This document shows positions 1 through 12,011 of a DNA stretch of 64,000 bases, one piece after another. Origin of the DNA: Moniliella sp. 'wahieum' (lineage: Eukaryota); assembly GCA_003971905.1 (NCBI GenBank), contig RSEE01000003.1, forward strand, positions 310,001 to 374,000, read 5' to 3'. Both the position numbers and the translations under genes were made by a program. Below the pieces are notes generated by a model. It had not been told where the DNA came from. It was given only the letters and a program-made list of their open reading frames with translations, and searched no databases. Position 1 is the stretch's first letter, and each line of letters starts with the position of its first letter.

Positions 1-908
1 CTTTAATGAACCCAATCCACATACCTTTAATCCACTCAGCTGCATGGCGAGCCCCCCAAGTGCCAGAGTGACGGGTGTGCCATTCTTTGAAGCCTTGCTT
101 TAGCACTGTGCTCTGGGCCTCACCGGAGAGAATCTTGACCACCTCCTTGATCTTCGGCACAGACAGCTCGGAATCGTTCAGCAACTTGGCCACCACCGGG
201 TCGTACTCGGGCCGTGGGAAGGTGGGCTCGGGCTTGTCTTGAAAGGGAATCACAGGCGGGCGCGCCTGAATCCGAGCAACATGCGTGTCATATGGAAGGA
301 AGCGATCAATGTTGGCGCTCGCATGCTGTCCCTCTCGCGTGGGGGGAGGGAAAGCAATGCATACTCCGAGGTCAACAGCACAATCTGGGGCAGTTCACTG
401 ATCCCCTCGGCGGTAAGGGCATGGACCACTGACGCGCTCCCGGTAGCACGGCGCTGCTGTACACGAAGCGCGGCCGCAGCACCGGTTTCATGCGTACACG
501 AAACGTCCAATCCAAAAGAATCCGCTTCGCCTTCGGGATGAAGGGAGTGGTACAGACGCGCAAACCAAGGGCACGCGTCTGGCTGTGCGACAGCCGTTTG
601 CGAGACCCAAAAAAGGGTGTCTTCTCGGTCGATATGAGCCTGAGCGTTCGATTGGACATGTTGCATGCCCTTCTGAGTGCATCCATCTTCTCCAAAAATG
701 GTGGTGTACCAGTGCTGCTGCTGGTTGGAGGCGTCCCAGGCAGGGTGGGTGCTGAGGCGGAGGGGGCGGGCACAAGCTTCCTGAGTCTGCCAGGCGAGCG
801 CATTGGTTTCTCCCTCAACGGAAGAAAGAGGCAGCACGCGAACCTCTCTCTCTCCGCGAGTACACCGACGAAGGCAGCCGCAAATGCAACAAGGCTAGCA
901 CTGAGCAT
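1..908 (-). CDS. Secreted M28-family Zn exopeptidase, 5' part (runs off the window start)
   Basis: Signal peptide MLSASLVAFAAAFVGVLA from ATG 908. After frameshifts it reads EYDPVVAKLL..KIKEVVKILSGE..WHTRHSGTWGARHAAEWIK, resembling the start of the basidiomycete M28 catalytic domain. A GTATGT donor lies near position 25. Confidence 0.6.
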
Positions 909-2261
909 CGGTGGTGGTGGAAGAAAGTGGAGAGCAAAACAATGGGAATGTCGTCCATGCCGCCCCAACCACGTTGGGCCAGCGTCGCCATCTTATCGGG
1001 CCAATTGGATTACATAATTTCTCATGTGTCACCATCACACCAAGTACGGTGCCATCCATTGCGTGACCCCTACAATACGGGAATTATATACATGGAAGCG
1101 AGACGCAGATGAAGCTTGGAGCTTGAAGGCTCGCAATCGCTCCACGAGAGGATACATCAAGGAAGGAAGGCAGACACCCATATGAGAGACTCCTTGATAA
1201 TGACATGCATTGCAGGAGGAACATGGATTGTAACATGTAATTCAAAGAGCATCACACAATAGGCAGAAGTGCATACATCTGGGCTCGGTCGCAGCGAAAG
1301 TATATCGACCTCAGCAGCCAAACGCCTCCGCCCGAATCATATGCACATTTACCATCGAGGGATGGACCACTGGATGCACCGTGGCCGTAGGGGTGGAGGG
1401 TCAGATCTCAGGAACCTCGACCGTGGTCTCATCTGAATGATATAAAGCAAGAAGCCATGGCCATTGAGTAGCTTGTATGCCACGTCACCGTGACGCTCAC
1501 TGTTCCATCAGTTAAGGGCATAACTGAGGCCCAGCGCGGTGCGGGACACCTTCACAGGTGAGGAAGGTATATACGATTGACTTTGGTTACAGTGGTAATG
1601 TCGTTGTCGAGCATGAACACCGAGACCTTCAATGAGCCTCACCAAAAACAGGTCTTTTTCCAACGCGTATATAGAGCTGTGGGGAACAGCATTGCTTATC
1701 GCGCTCAACCACGCGTAATCCTCATCAACCAAGACGGAGGGGCCACAAGTAACCCTCTCGTCAACCGACGGAAAATCACATCATCCTGGGTGTGGTTGAG
1801 ATCGGATGCGCTCCTCCCACCACCGAAAAGTGGAGGCCTGCCGAGACCGTGGCAGGGGATCGGCCAGCGTTGAGGCCAGCTGTTCGTGGCCAAGGCGATC
1901 ATCTGATCATCGTGGGTTGGGTCGGAGGTTGGACGCTCGTTCCTGCAGTGAAAGCGCTGGCGGCGCTGGCGGGCGGGCTGAGTTAATGGATCAGGTGCCG
2001 TTTCTCTGCGTTCCGCTGGGCGGAAGAAAAAAATGCTTCCGCGTGGGTCACTGCCCCAGTGGCGCCTGCCTTTGCTGCTGCCCTTGGGGGCGCCTGCCCG
2101 CTGCGAGCCGCTCCCCCACCACCCCTCCCCTCCCATCCCACCGCTGCTCAGTCGCAAGACCGAGTCGCTTCAGCCCGGTCCCACCGCGCACAAGGAGCAC
2201 TCTGCAGCTGGTTCCCCTACGCATTGCTGTCTAGCACCGCCACCCATCCCATCCCATCGCC

Positions 2262-5200
2262 ATGTCTCGCCAAGCCGCCGCCCCGACACTGTCCTCAAGC
2301 GCGCCGACGAGCTCGTTGCCGTTGGCCAGAGCGCCGCTGCGCTCCAGGCCCTGCACGACGTCTTTGGCCAGCGCCGCATCCGCCAGGTCAGCGTCAGCCA
2401 GCTCGAGCCCCTCGTCCTTCGCTTCATCGACCTCGCTGTTGAACAGCGCAAGGGCCGCGTTGCCAAGGACGGTCTGGTCCAGTTCAAAAACATTGCTCAG
2501 GGTGCTCCCAACAGCATTGAGGCTGCCATCACCCCACTTCCTCAAGCTTTCCAACGCCCGTGTTCACGAGGCTCAGCAGCAGGCCGCCACCGACGAGCAT
2601 GTCGAAGACCTGGAGCAGGAGGAAACGCCCGAGAGCATGCTTCTCGCTGCCGTTAGCGTCGAGGAGGACCGTGACCGCCGCGACCGCGTGGGGTTGTTCC
2701 TGGCTAAAGTTCCTCTGGGAGGCTTACCGCACCGCCCTTGACATCCTCAAGAACACGCACGTCTGGAGCTGGTGTACCACAATGTGGCCCTGCGTGCGTT
2801 CAAGTTTTGCCTGGCATACCAGCGCAAGACGGAGTTCCGCCGCCTGTGCGAACTGTTGCGCCAGCACGTGACGAATGCAACCAAGTACTCCACCAGTCCC
2901 ATGCTCTCAACCTTACCGACCCAGACACGCTACAGCGCCACCTCGACATTCGCTTTGCCCAGCTCAATGCGGCGGTTGAGTTGGAGCTGTGGCAGGAGGC
3001 TTTCCGTTCGGTCGAGGACATCCACTCGCTCCTCACTTCGAGCAAGAAACAGCCGCGCCTGACGATGATGGCCAACTATTACGAGAAACTGGCTCGCATC
3101 TTCCTTGTGTCGGACAATGCGCTGCTGCATGCCGCCTCCTGGAACCGGTACCACCCGCCCTCGTCCGTGCCGCCTCTCCCAAGGACCAGCAGTTGCTCAA
3201 GGCCTCGACGCCAGAGGAGCAGCGGACCATTGCGGACAATGTTTTGCTGTCTGCTCTGGCCGTCCCCGTCATCACCTCGGCAGCACCCGGCACCGGCAAT
3301 CTGCAGCGGGGCCGGTCTGACTTTTTGATTGGTGGTCTGGATGTGGACAGCAAGACCCGTGCGGGTCGCCTGAATGCCCTTCTGGGTCTTCAGCGTACCC
3401 CACCCGAGCTGGTCTGCTGCGCGATGCGCTGGGCCGCAACGTGCTCCGCATCGCCTCCCCCATATCCGTGCGCTGTACCAGATGCTCGAGCAGCAGTTCC
3501 ACCCGCTCTCGATTTGTGCCGACGCCCAGCCGATCCTGGATCAGATTGTTGCTGCTTCGCCGGCCGCTGCCAAGCGCTACATTCCTGCTTTGCACAACGT
3601 TATTCTCACCCGTCTCTTCCAGCAACTGAGCCAGGTGTATGAGCATGTGACGATCGCCAAGGTGCTTCAGTTGGTCAGCCCGCTTAAGACGGACGTTTCT
3701 GGCACGCAGTTGTCAGAGGTGGACGTGGAGAAGTTTGCGCTCAACGCATGCAAGCGTGGCCACCTTGCATTGTCGATTGATCATGCCTCCCGCTCCATCA
3801 CGTTCCAATGACCTGTTTGACACGGACCGTCACCCATCGATTGAGCCCAGCGCTGCGGCCGCTAGCTCCGACAGTGTCCGTTTGCAGTCGACGCCCGACG
3901 AGCTGGTCCGCACCCTTTAGTCGTCTCGCCTACGCGCTTGACCGAGCCAACGATGTGCTTCACCCCGGTGCCCGAGCGGCGGCAGATGCCGAAAAGCGCC
4001 AAGCTGCGTTCGAGAAGGCAGTGGCCATGGCCAAGGCTGAGCACGAGGCGGCCGTTGCGCGCAAGGAGCTGCTCGCCCACCGCAAAGAGCTTGTCCGTGC
4101 TGCGACTCAGCAGCGCGAGCGTAATGAGGCTGTGGCCGCTGCCGCCAAGGCCAAGGAGCAGGCTGCAGCTGATGCGCAACGCGCCGTTGCTGAGGCTGCC
4201 GCTCGGGAACGTGCTCGCATCGAAAAGGAGTTGCAAGCTGTGCGGATTGACGAGGCGCGCAAGATGGCCCAGAGTCTGCGGGAGAAAGGTGGGCTCAAGC
4301 TCGAGGACAAGGACATTGACCAAATGGACCCCGATACCCTCGTCAAGCTCCAAGTCGAACAGATTGAGCGGGAGAACAAGGAGAAGAACGAGCGGCTTAA
4401 GGCAATCCACCGTAAGATGGACCATCTGGAGCGGGCGTACCGTCGTGCTGTGATCAAGCACCAGGACGAAGACTATGCTGCTCAGCAAATCGCCGACAAG
4501 GCCGCTTACGAACACGTGCGGGTCGTCGCACTCGAGGCTGCGCGAGCCAAGCACCAGGCTGATGTTGAGACTCGGGACCGTCTTCTTGCCATTCTGCCTG
4601 ACTACCGTGGCGCGTGCGCGTCTCGAGGAGACGCGCGCCGAGGCTCTGGCCGCTCGCCGTGCTCATGCGCAAGCCCAGTGCGACAAGGAGAAGGAGAAGT
4701 ACCGCGCTTCTGTCATTGCTCAGCGCAAGGAGCAGCTCCAAGCCAAGAGGGACGAGGAGCGTCGCCAGGCCGAAGAGGAAGCCCGCCGGGCCCAGGCCGA
4801 GGAAGAAGAGCGCCAAGCCGAGGAGAGCCGGCAGGCGGCGATCGCCGAGCGCCGTGCTCGGTTCGAAGCCGAGCAGAAGGAACGCGAGGAGGCTGCAGCC
4901 AAGCAGCGCGAACGCGAGGAAGCTGCTCTTGCTCGCTCCGAAGCTCGCCGCGCCGCACCGGCACCCGGTGGTGGTGCCTGGCGCCCCCCCTCCGTTCCGT
5001 CGAGCGCCGGTGGCGAATTGCCTCCTCGCTCGGCCGGGGCGTGGCGCCCTTCGAGCCGGTTCAACCCTTCGTCACCCTCGCCTTCGTCGCCGTCGTCGCC
5101 AGCGCCACGGTACACCCCTCCTTCGACTGGAACTCCTCGTGCGTACCAGCCGCCGCGGGGCGGGTTTGTTTCTCGTGGCGGCATGAGCGGCGGAGCTTCG

Positions 5201-5308
5201 CCCTCGGCGCGGTCGCCGTCAGGATCGGGAACTGGCTCTCCTGCTCCGTCGAACCCCCCGGCGGGCGGTGCTCGGGGATCGTATGTGCCCCCGCACCTGC
5301 GCAAGTAG
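2262..5308 (+). CDS. TIF32: Translation initiation factor eIF3 subunit A (frameshifted in the assembly)
   Basis: [91 protein letters not shown]; charged coiled coil; ends YVPPHLRK*. Confidence 0.96.
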
Positions 5309-6267
5309 GCATTTCTTCCTTTCCATGTGAGGAAGTATAACCTGCTGCTGTCATTGGTAGCCTGTCCTCCCCCTTTTACCCCTCTTGCTCCTATCCTTAC
5401 TACGACTGTCGTTCCCCTTCCTCTTCCACAACGGCCCACCGGCGTTTGCATATTGATGGCCATATGCGGAAGCTGCATGTGTAGCTAGTACATGATACAT
5501 GACGCGGTGACCTCCCTCGTATGGTGTCGGATAGATGGGAGGTGAATCTAACTTCATTCACATATCAGTTACAGGGCTTTTCATCAAGGCTACTAGAACA
5601 AAAGGAGGCGCTGTGCTTAAATGGCACGCTCATCCGGCGTGTGCTGTTTGATCGTGCCAAACTAGCTGGGAAACCAAAAATGGAGTCGCTAGCTGGTCAG
5701 GCCTCAGGGCTCTCTGGCGCCCGCCATTCGCTCCTAACCAGGATGTTATATCCAGACGCCACTTCACTGTGAGAGGTTGGAGGGGCAAAACCGAGCTAGC
5801 GATTGCACCCATGCCATATTCCCATGGAAGAGCGATGGTCGACGGCGTTTGACTGCAGTCACCGCTGCGGGTCATCGTGACCTCCCCTCATGATGGCAAT
5901 ATAGTGCAGGCCACCGTGACAGCAAATGTAAGAGATGAGATCGTGAAACGTACAGGACTCAACCTCAACCAGTTGAGGCAGGAGCGATATAAGTCGAGGA
6001 AGAGGGGATGGTTGGAGTGCTTGATGTCCAGTGTTTGCGTTTATTGCTCCCGTCGGCACCGACCTCACCGGGCACATCACACGTGATTCTCACGGGAACA
6101 CGTCACGGTCACCGGTCACGCGCTCATGCCGCATTCTGTTTTTCATGAAGCTGGCGGCGGAATTGCGGCGGAACGGCTGCGTGTCCCGCGGCAGAGCGCC
6201 AAGCCGCAGCGTCCACGTGAATTCAAACGGCGGCCAACGCAATCCTTCCATCTCCATCTTGACCGCC

Positions 6268-8003
6268 ATGGCCGACGGAGCAGGCGTCGACGCATCTGCG
6301 CCTGTCCGCGCTGCATCTGACTCTGGGCAGATGGAAGAGGGCGAGCTGGCCTTGGGTGGCCCAAGGACGCCCCCTCGCCCCCTTGAACCCCGCACGCCCC
6401 CCCCCCATCCCGCCCGCCGCCTGTGCACGAGCAGGCGTTTGAGCTTGACTACGACGGCAGCGGGAGCGCCGCGCCTCGCACTCCTGCGGCCCCCCAGGCC
6501 GTCTACCCGCGCTCGGGCCGCTTCAAGCGCGCAAGAGGGTACTATGATCTGGACAATCCACAGCACTCCACCGCCCACCTCCGCCCGGCCCGCCGCCACC
6601 ACCACCGCCCGCCCGCCGCCGCCCCGCCTCCCCCCCCGCCCGGACCTCGGTTCAAACGTACGTGCCAATCTTTCTTCGAGTGGAACTGACATTGCGATTG
6701 TGCACCCTGGCAGCGCTTCCGCCCTCGCATGTACCGCCCCCGGACCACCACCAAGTTTGCCTCTTTCCCGCAAGCCGCCGCCGGGGCCGCCACCGATGCC
6801 CCCATGGCTTCCGCCGGGGCCTCCCCGCCTCCCCCGCCTCTTCCCGCTCATTTGGGCAGGACCAATGGCACCTCCGCCGGCGTTCCCTTTGCGGGGGTTG
6901 CCCCGTCGCACCCATATCTGGCGCCTACAGTCCCGCCGCCGCCGTTGGCAGCACCGCCTCCTTTGGCGCCTGCCCCCCTGGTCCACCCCTCCCACCCATA
7001 GCCAACCCGACCCCTTTCACGCCGCCCGCCACGACCTCACTACCCTCCTCTGTCTCATTCCCCGCCTCTAACATGTGTCCGTCCTCCGCCGCGGCCATGG
7101 CGCTTCCTCCTTGCCGGGCCGATCGCCCCTGCCCCTGTGTCTGCGCCCGCGCCTGTGCCTGCGCCCGCATCTGCGCCTGTGCATCTGGCCAAGGATAAGC
7201 CGCCAACAGAGTCGACGGCAGAGATGGTGGCACAACTCGCTTCGCTTCGTGCGCAGCTGCAAGCCCTATCGAAAAAAGGACCGTTTGTGCCGGAGGTCAA
7301 GGTACAAATTGCACTAACCAACGACGCGCCATCTCCCGCAGCAGGTGTACACATCCTACCCAAACCCCCGAGATGGAGACGAAACGGGCCAAGATGCTCA
7401 CCTATCTTGTTGCGCTCTTGCGGCCTGAAACTTTGGCGCCCAAACCTGCACCTGCATCTGCACCTGTACCTGCACCTGTACCTGCACCTGTGCATGTGCC
7501 TTCACCTGTGCCTCCATCAAGCCTGCCCGCGCCAGACTTGGCTTCGCTCCCTCCGGCTTGGTCCAGTCCATCGTTCAGTTTGAGCAGAGTCTCAAAGTCC
7601 GAACAGGCGCCGCGACCGGTTCGCCATTCCCGCCTGTGCCTGTACCTGTGCCTGTACCTGTGCCTGCCGCCCTGCCGGCGCCTGCATCATTACCCGTACC
7701 GGTACCGGCACCGGCACCTAGTCCCGGCTTGGCCGTGGTAAGCCCGCCCTCGTCCTCGTCCTCTCCCCGCCCCCTGCCGTTCCGACTGTGGTAGCGCCGA
7801 GCGCGGAACTGCTGGCCAAAGAACGTCAAATTCAAGAGATGCAAGCCCGGATTGCGTTGTTGGAACGACGGCGCGCCCAAGCGCACAACCGCGCTGCTAC
7901 TTCCTCCACTCGCGACCGCGACGGTGCCTGCGCCTGCTTTCTGGGTCTGCTTCTCGGTGCGTCGGGTTTGTTCCGCCCCAGCCACATTCAAGCTTCGTCC
8001 TAA
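6268..8003 (+). CDS. Proline-rich low-complexity hypothetical protein with a C-terminal coiled coil
   Basis: ATG 6268 (MADGAG..MEEGEL); canonical introns at about 6658-6713 and about 7296-7343; PAPV repeats; AELLAKERQIQEMQARIALLERRR. The end is uncertain. Confidence 0.5.
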
Positions 8004-8962
8004 CCGGCCCAGTGATTGGTACGCTCTGTTCGTCTTCTCCCGCTGCTTTCGGTCTGACATGCTTTTGGAGTGCCACCTGGTTTGTGGGGTCGCTTGGAAT
8101 AGGGTCACGACAAGGCGCGTGCGGCAGGTTTCAGAGATGGGCACCCGGCCTCGGGGTGTCGGAATGGGGTGCTTGGGGCTGGGACTATCAACAGGTCTGC
8201 CCCACGTGGGTGGTGTTTTGCTGCGTGAGGTGGTGGAAACAGTACTAACCCCCCCCCCCCCTCCCCTCCTTCCCTCCTCCCCGCTGTAGCGTGGAATCTG
8301 TCTAAACTAACGGTTACGTTACCCTTGCGTGCGTCGAGGTTCAAGCTGCGTCTAGGCGTTCTGACTCTGGGGGCTAAGCTCATCAAGCGGAGCTGGGGGT
8401 GAGACGGCGAGCTACTGTCAATGCATACATGCCTGTTATTCTTCATCCGTGCTCTTCTCTCACCCTTGTCCTTCTCGGTCCCGTATTTGTTCGCGCCGTT
8501 CTCTTTATCTTCTCTCTTGGGTTTCGCGTAGACCTCACCTGCAATTGCATGCCCTGTCATCCAGTCCTCCTGCCCTCCGCGGGGTCTTGGCACGGTCCAT
8601 ACCACTTGTCCCCCTACGGCCAACGAACAACCGAGAAACAACTGAGAGAAAAAAGACCACCAACCAGGCAGATCGTACCGGTGGCGGGTTACATTGGAAA
8701 ACGGGAGCTTAGACAGGACGCCGAACAAAAAAAGTGGCGGAGACAAGAGGCGGGGAACGGGCCAAGCGAGAGGGGGGGAAACAGCGCGTTCCAAGACTAG
8801 GTCCAGGTCGCAGAGGCTCACCGCCCGAGTCTCAGGCCCCATCGCACGACGCAAAAAATAAGGAAAGGAAGGCACTGGCTTGATTAGCCTTGCCTGGAAC
8901 CAGAACTGAGGGGAGTGGGGAAAGACGAGGCGTAGCGACGGAGCTGATCGACTATAGGCGGA

Positions 8963-9082
8963 ACGGATGGATGGATGGATCAGTGGCGGATGAATGGATC
9001 AATGGCGGATGAATGGATGGATGGATGAATGAATGGACGAACAGATGGACGAATGGATGGATGAATGTACGGATGGATGGGT
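8963..9082. repeat. Degenerate (ATGG)n microsatellite
   Basis: Run of ggatggatggatg..gaatggatggatggatgaatgaatgg. Confidence 0.9.
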
Positions 9083-9240
9083 GAATGTACGGATCGAAGG
9101 ATGCGTACAGGCGGGTATAAGAAGTGGAATGCGCGAAAAAAGACAAGAAAGATGCCCAAGGGCACCAGAGCGGGCGGCCCAGCGCAACACGACCAGAACA
9201 GCGATGGCCGGAAGACAGAGCCCAAGTCTGGTATTGGCTT

Positions 9241-10004
9241 TCACCTGGTCCCTTGGTCGGCCACGGGGGGGACAGCGGGGGGGCCGACAGCCAGCGGAGG
9301 GACAGGTTTGTGGGCCGATGGAGCTTCGGCCGGCGGGCCGGCTGGGGTGTGGCTACAGGAGGAGATGGAGGTCGAGTCGGACGGGGCAGGGGAGTGGTGC
9401 ATGGGCGAGCTGGGGCGCGAACAGCCATGCTTCAACGGAACATGCACCGAGAGAAAGTGGTCATCAAACTGAGCGCGCACCTTGCGCATATCGGCATCCG
9501 GACCAAACAGCACCCGTCGCTCAAGTGCCCGCCCGACTCGTCGTCCCACTTGTCTGCCGCAATGTGCACCGTGTGACGTGCCTTGACGCTGAGTGTCAGT
9601 CCCCGATGGCAAAGCCAGGTAGGTACAAGCGATGGTCCACCCGCCGGCGTGCGTGTCGACGGTGAGTCGTCTCGGGGGAGCAGGGCGTTGCTCGAGAAAG
9701 GGGATGGTAGGCACAGGCGACTGTTGCAACCACATACTCTGGTTCCCCGCTCTGGCCATTCCAAGACCGAGTACTGCGTGCTGGGCCCGAGCGCTCGGGC
9801 AAGGACAGGGGGGACAGGGTGCGTTGGTGGGCACTTAGGTTGGGGGGCGCAGAGAGGGAGGAGACCTGGTCCAGATTCTCTTCGTCCTGTGCTGGCGCAG
9901 GTGCGGCAGGGAGGGGAGGCGAGCGGGTGGCGGGGGACGACATGGGGCGGCACATACAGCGGATCGTCGGGCAGCAGCGATTTCCAGCTGTTGCGATCCG
10001 CCAT
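9241..10004 (-). CDS. Hsp20/alpha-crystallin-like domain protein (basidiomycete type)
   Basis: Stitched across frames: LPGFAIGD-LTLSVKARHTVHIAADKWDDESGGH-LERRVLFGPDADMRKVRAQFDDHFLSVHVP, matching the alpha-crystallin beta-strand pattern. Confidence 0.65.
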
Positions 10005-10033
10005 TCTGCAGGCGGCGAGCAGCGCGCTAACGC

Positions 10034-10066
10034 GAGGAGGAGGAGGAGGAGAAGGAGGAGGAGGAG
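10034..10066. repeat. (GGA)n microsatellite
   Basis: gaggaggaggaggaggagaaggaggaggaggag. Confidence 0.85.
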
Positions 10067-10395
10067 CAGAGACAAGTCGCGCAGAGGGGAGGCGAGGGTG
10101 TTGGCGAGCCAGCAGGAAGGAAGGCTAGGTTTTTGTTGCGGGGGGTGGTGGTGGTGGGGTTGCGTGCGTGGGCAGTGTGGTGCAATGCGGACGAGTCCAG
10201 TGCTGGTACCGAGTCCTGACTACACACTGGCCGTACTCAGCCTCCGGACAGCTGCTACGTCATCGATCACCCATCCTCCTGGGCTGCTGCCCGCTGCTTC
10301 CTGGGAGGGTGGGATGCATGATGCGTGGGCTGGGCAGGGGGGCGCAGGGCGGGCCGAGTCGGCCTGGCTTGCCGCTTGCGAGGATGCTGGGTGGT

Positions 10396-10431
10396 GCAAC
10401 GCTCGGCGCAACGCTCGGCGCAACGCTCGGC
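10396..10431. repeat. 12-bp tandem repeat x3
   Basis: (gcaacgctcggc)3. Confidence 0.85.
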
Positions 10432-12011
10432 GTGACGTGCCCCCCCGCCGACCCCTCGCGCTCTGCCCGGCCCGCCAATGTGGCGGCGGGGGCAGTGGCA
10501 AGCAGAGGCTGTCGGGCGGTGCGCTGGCAGGGCAGTGCGTCTGGCGGTGCCCTGCAGCGCATTCGCTGGGCTCCAGGCCTCAGGCCAGAGCTGCAGCCCT
10601 TGCGTGGCAAGAGCCAAGAGGGGGCAACGGAGCAGTGTCTGCCGCTGCGCTCTCAGATCCTCCCAGACCCCCCCAGATCCCACCCCACGCCCGGGGGAAG
10701 GCGGGTGCTGGGGCTGCTGCGGCGGGGGGCGCAGGGCGCAGAATGCACCAGGCCGAGCCCGAGGCAAGCACAGACTCATGCACTGACGTCACATTTGGCC
10801 GTGCCGGACCTCCGGGGTGGACTAATAGGATGGACTATAGGCTGGGCCCTGCTGGGCCTGGCAAATGCCTTTAGAACTCGGAGTAGCTGAGGCAGCTGAG
10901 GCTTCGCGCTGAGGCGAGGCCCTCAGCGCTGCCAGCACACCAGCGCATGGGCTCCCGTTCCAGGCCAGCCCGCCGCGAGGTCTCAGCCTGAATTGTGAGT
11001 CTCAGGCCTGTCTGAGTCCAGGCCTCGGCCGCATCGACTTCAAAACCCGTTTTACCCGCCCGGCACAGGTTCCATCTTCGTCCATTGAACCAAACTGCTT
11101 TATCCATCAACTCAAAGCCTTCTGTCCGCATCTACAATCCACCGCGGCTCAGCGCTCAGGCCCAACAGGTATCATATCTGCGCGCTCAACATCAGTGCAC
11201 AGCCTCAGCTCGTTGAATTTTTTGGTCTTTGAAGTAAGTCCCCAACCGTCAAAAGAGGTAAAACGCGTTTTAAATGTTGTGTAAAAGGGCTTGCGGCCGG
11301 CCGAACACAAGGACTGTATTTGTACCGACTACCACTCGACGTCAATCGCCGAACGACAGTAGCATTCACGGGTCACCTCGCACCATAGCCCCCAAAACGG
11401 CGACAGGACAAAAAGTAGATGCATCAGAAGGTGCCTTTTTGATGCACAACGTAACACAGTTGGTTGGCGCTGGGCTACAAAGCCGCCCCAGCCACAGAGC
11501 ACGCCTCCCGCCCATCATCACACGGAATGCGGACCCTTGCTTACAGCTGGCTGCTCCTCTCCTCAGCTCCCGACAGCGAGAGAGCGATGGTGATGGCGTG
11601 GTTGATGGGGCAGTGGGAAGCAGAGGGGAGAGCCGTGGTGATGATTAACGATGCATGATTAACGATGATCGATGATGATTAATGATTGACGTAGGGCAAG
11701 CGGCAATCAGTGCAAACGACGGGGCCACTCGGAGAGTCGGTGCAGCAGGTGCTGCAATGTTGAAAAGCGTAACCCTAGCGGGGGCTGCCGTCGCATCCAT
11801 CTCATCGACGCCATCGATCCTCGCCGATGCCGCGCTCTGGCGTGGACACACGCAGGCCGGCGCAGCCAGCCAGCCCACTGCCACGCGCATCTCCGCCACC
11901 CCGCCTGCCTCCACCACCACCACCGTCCATCGCCGGCGTGCTTCTGGGGCTGTGTGTGCGTCCTGCGCCCCCCCTCAGGCACGCTCCGCCTCTGTTTGCC
12001 GCCAGCCCCCC

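Noticed and set aside
10396..10431. Short direct repeats as a CRISPR array
   Set aside because: No spacers, no cas genes, eukaryotic context.
9819..10890. Long GC-rich ORFs (351 aa, 240 aa) and many antisense ORFs over real genes
   Set aside because: No recognisable motifs; expected from high GC content and codon-bias shadows.
11638..11690. GATGATTAAC repeats as a snoRNA C box
   Set aside because: No D box or terminal stem found; it looks like a simple degenerate repeat.
11770..11778. TAACCCTAG here, at 42877 and on the opposite strand at 49840, as telomerase templates
   Set aside because: They are shorter matches in promoter positions with no boundary hairpin or structured context that I could see, so they are better read as telo-box DNA motifs. 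That reading remains the alternative for 47527.
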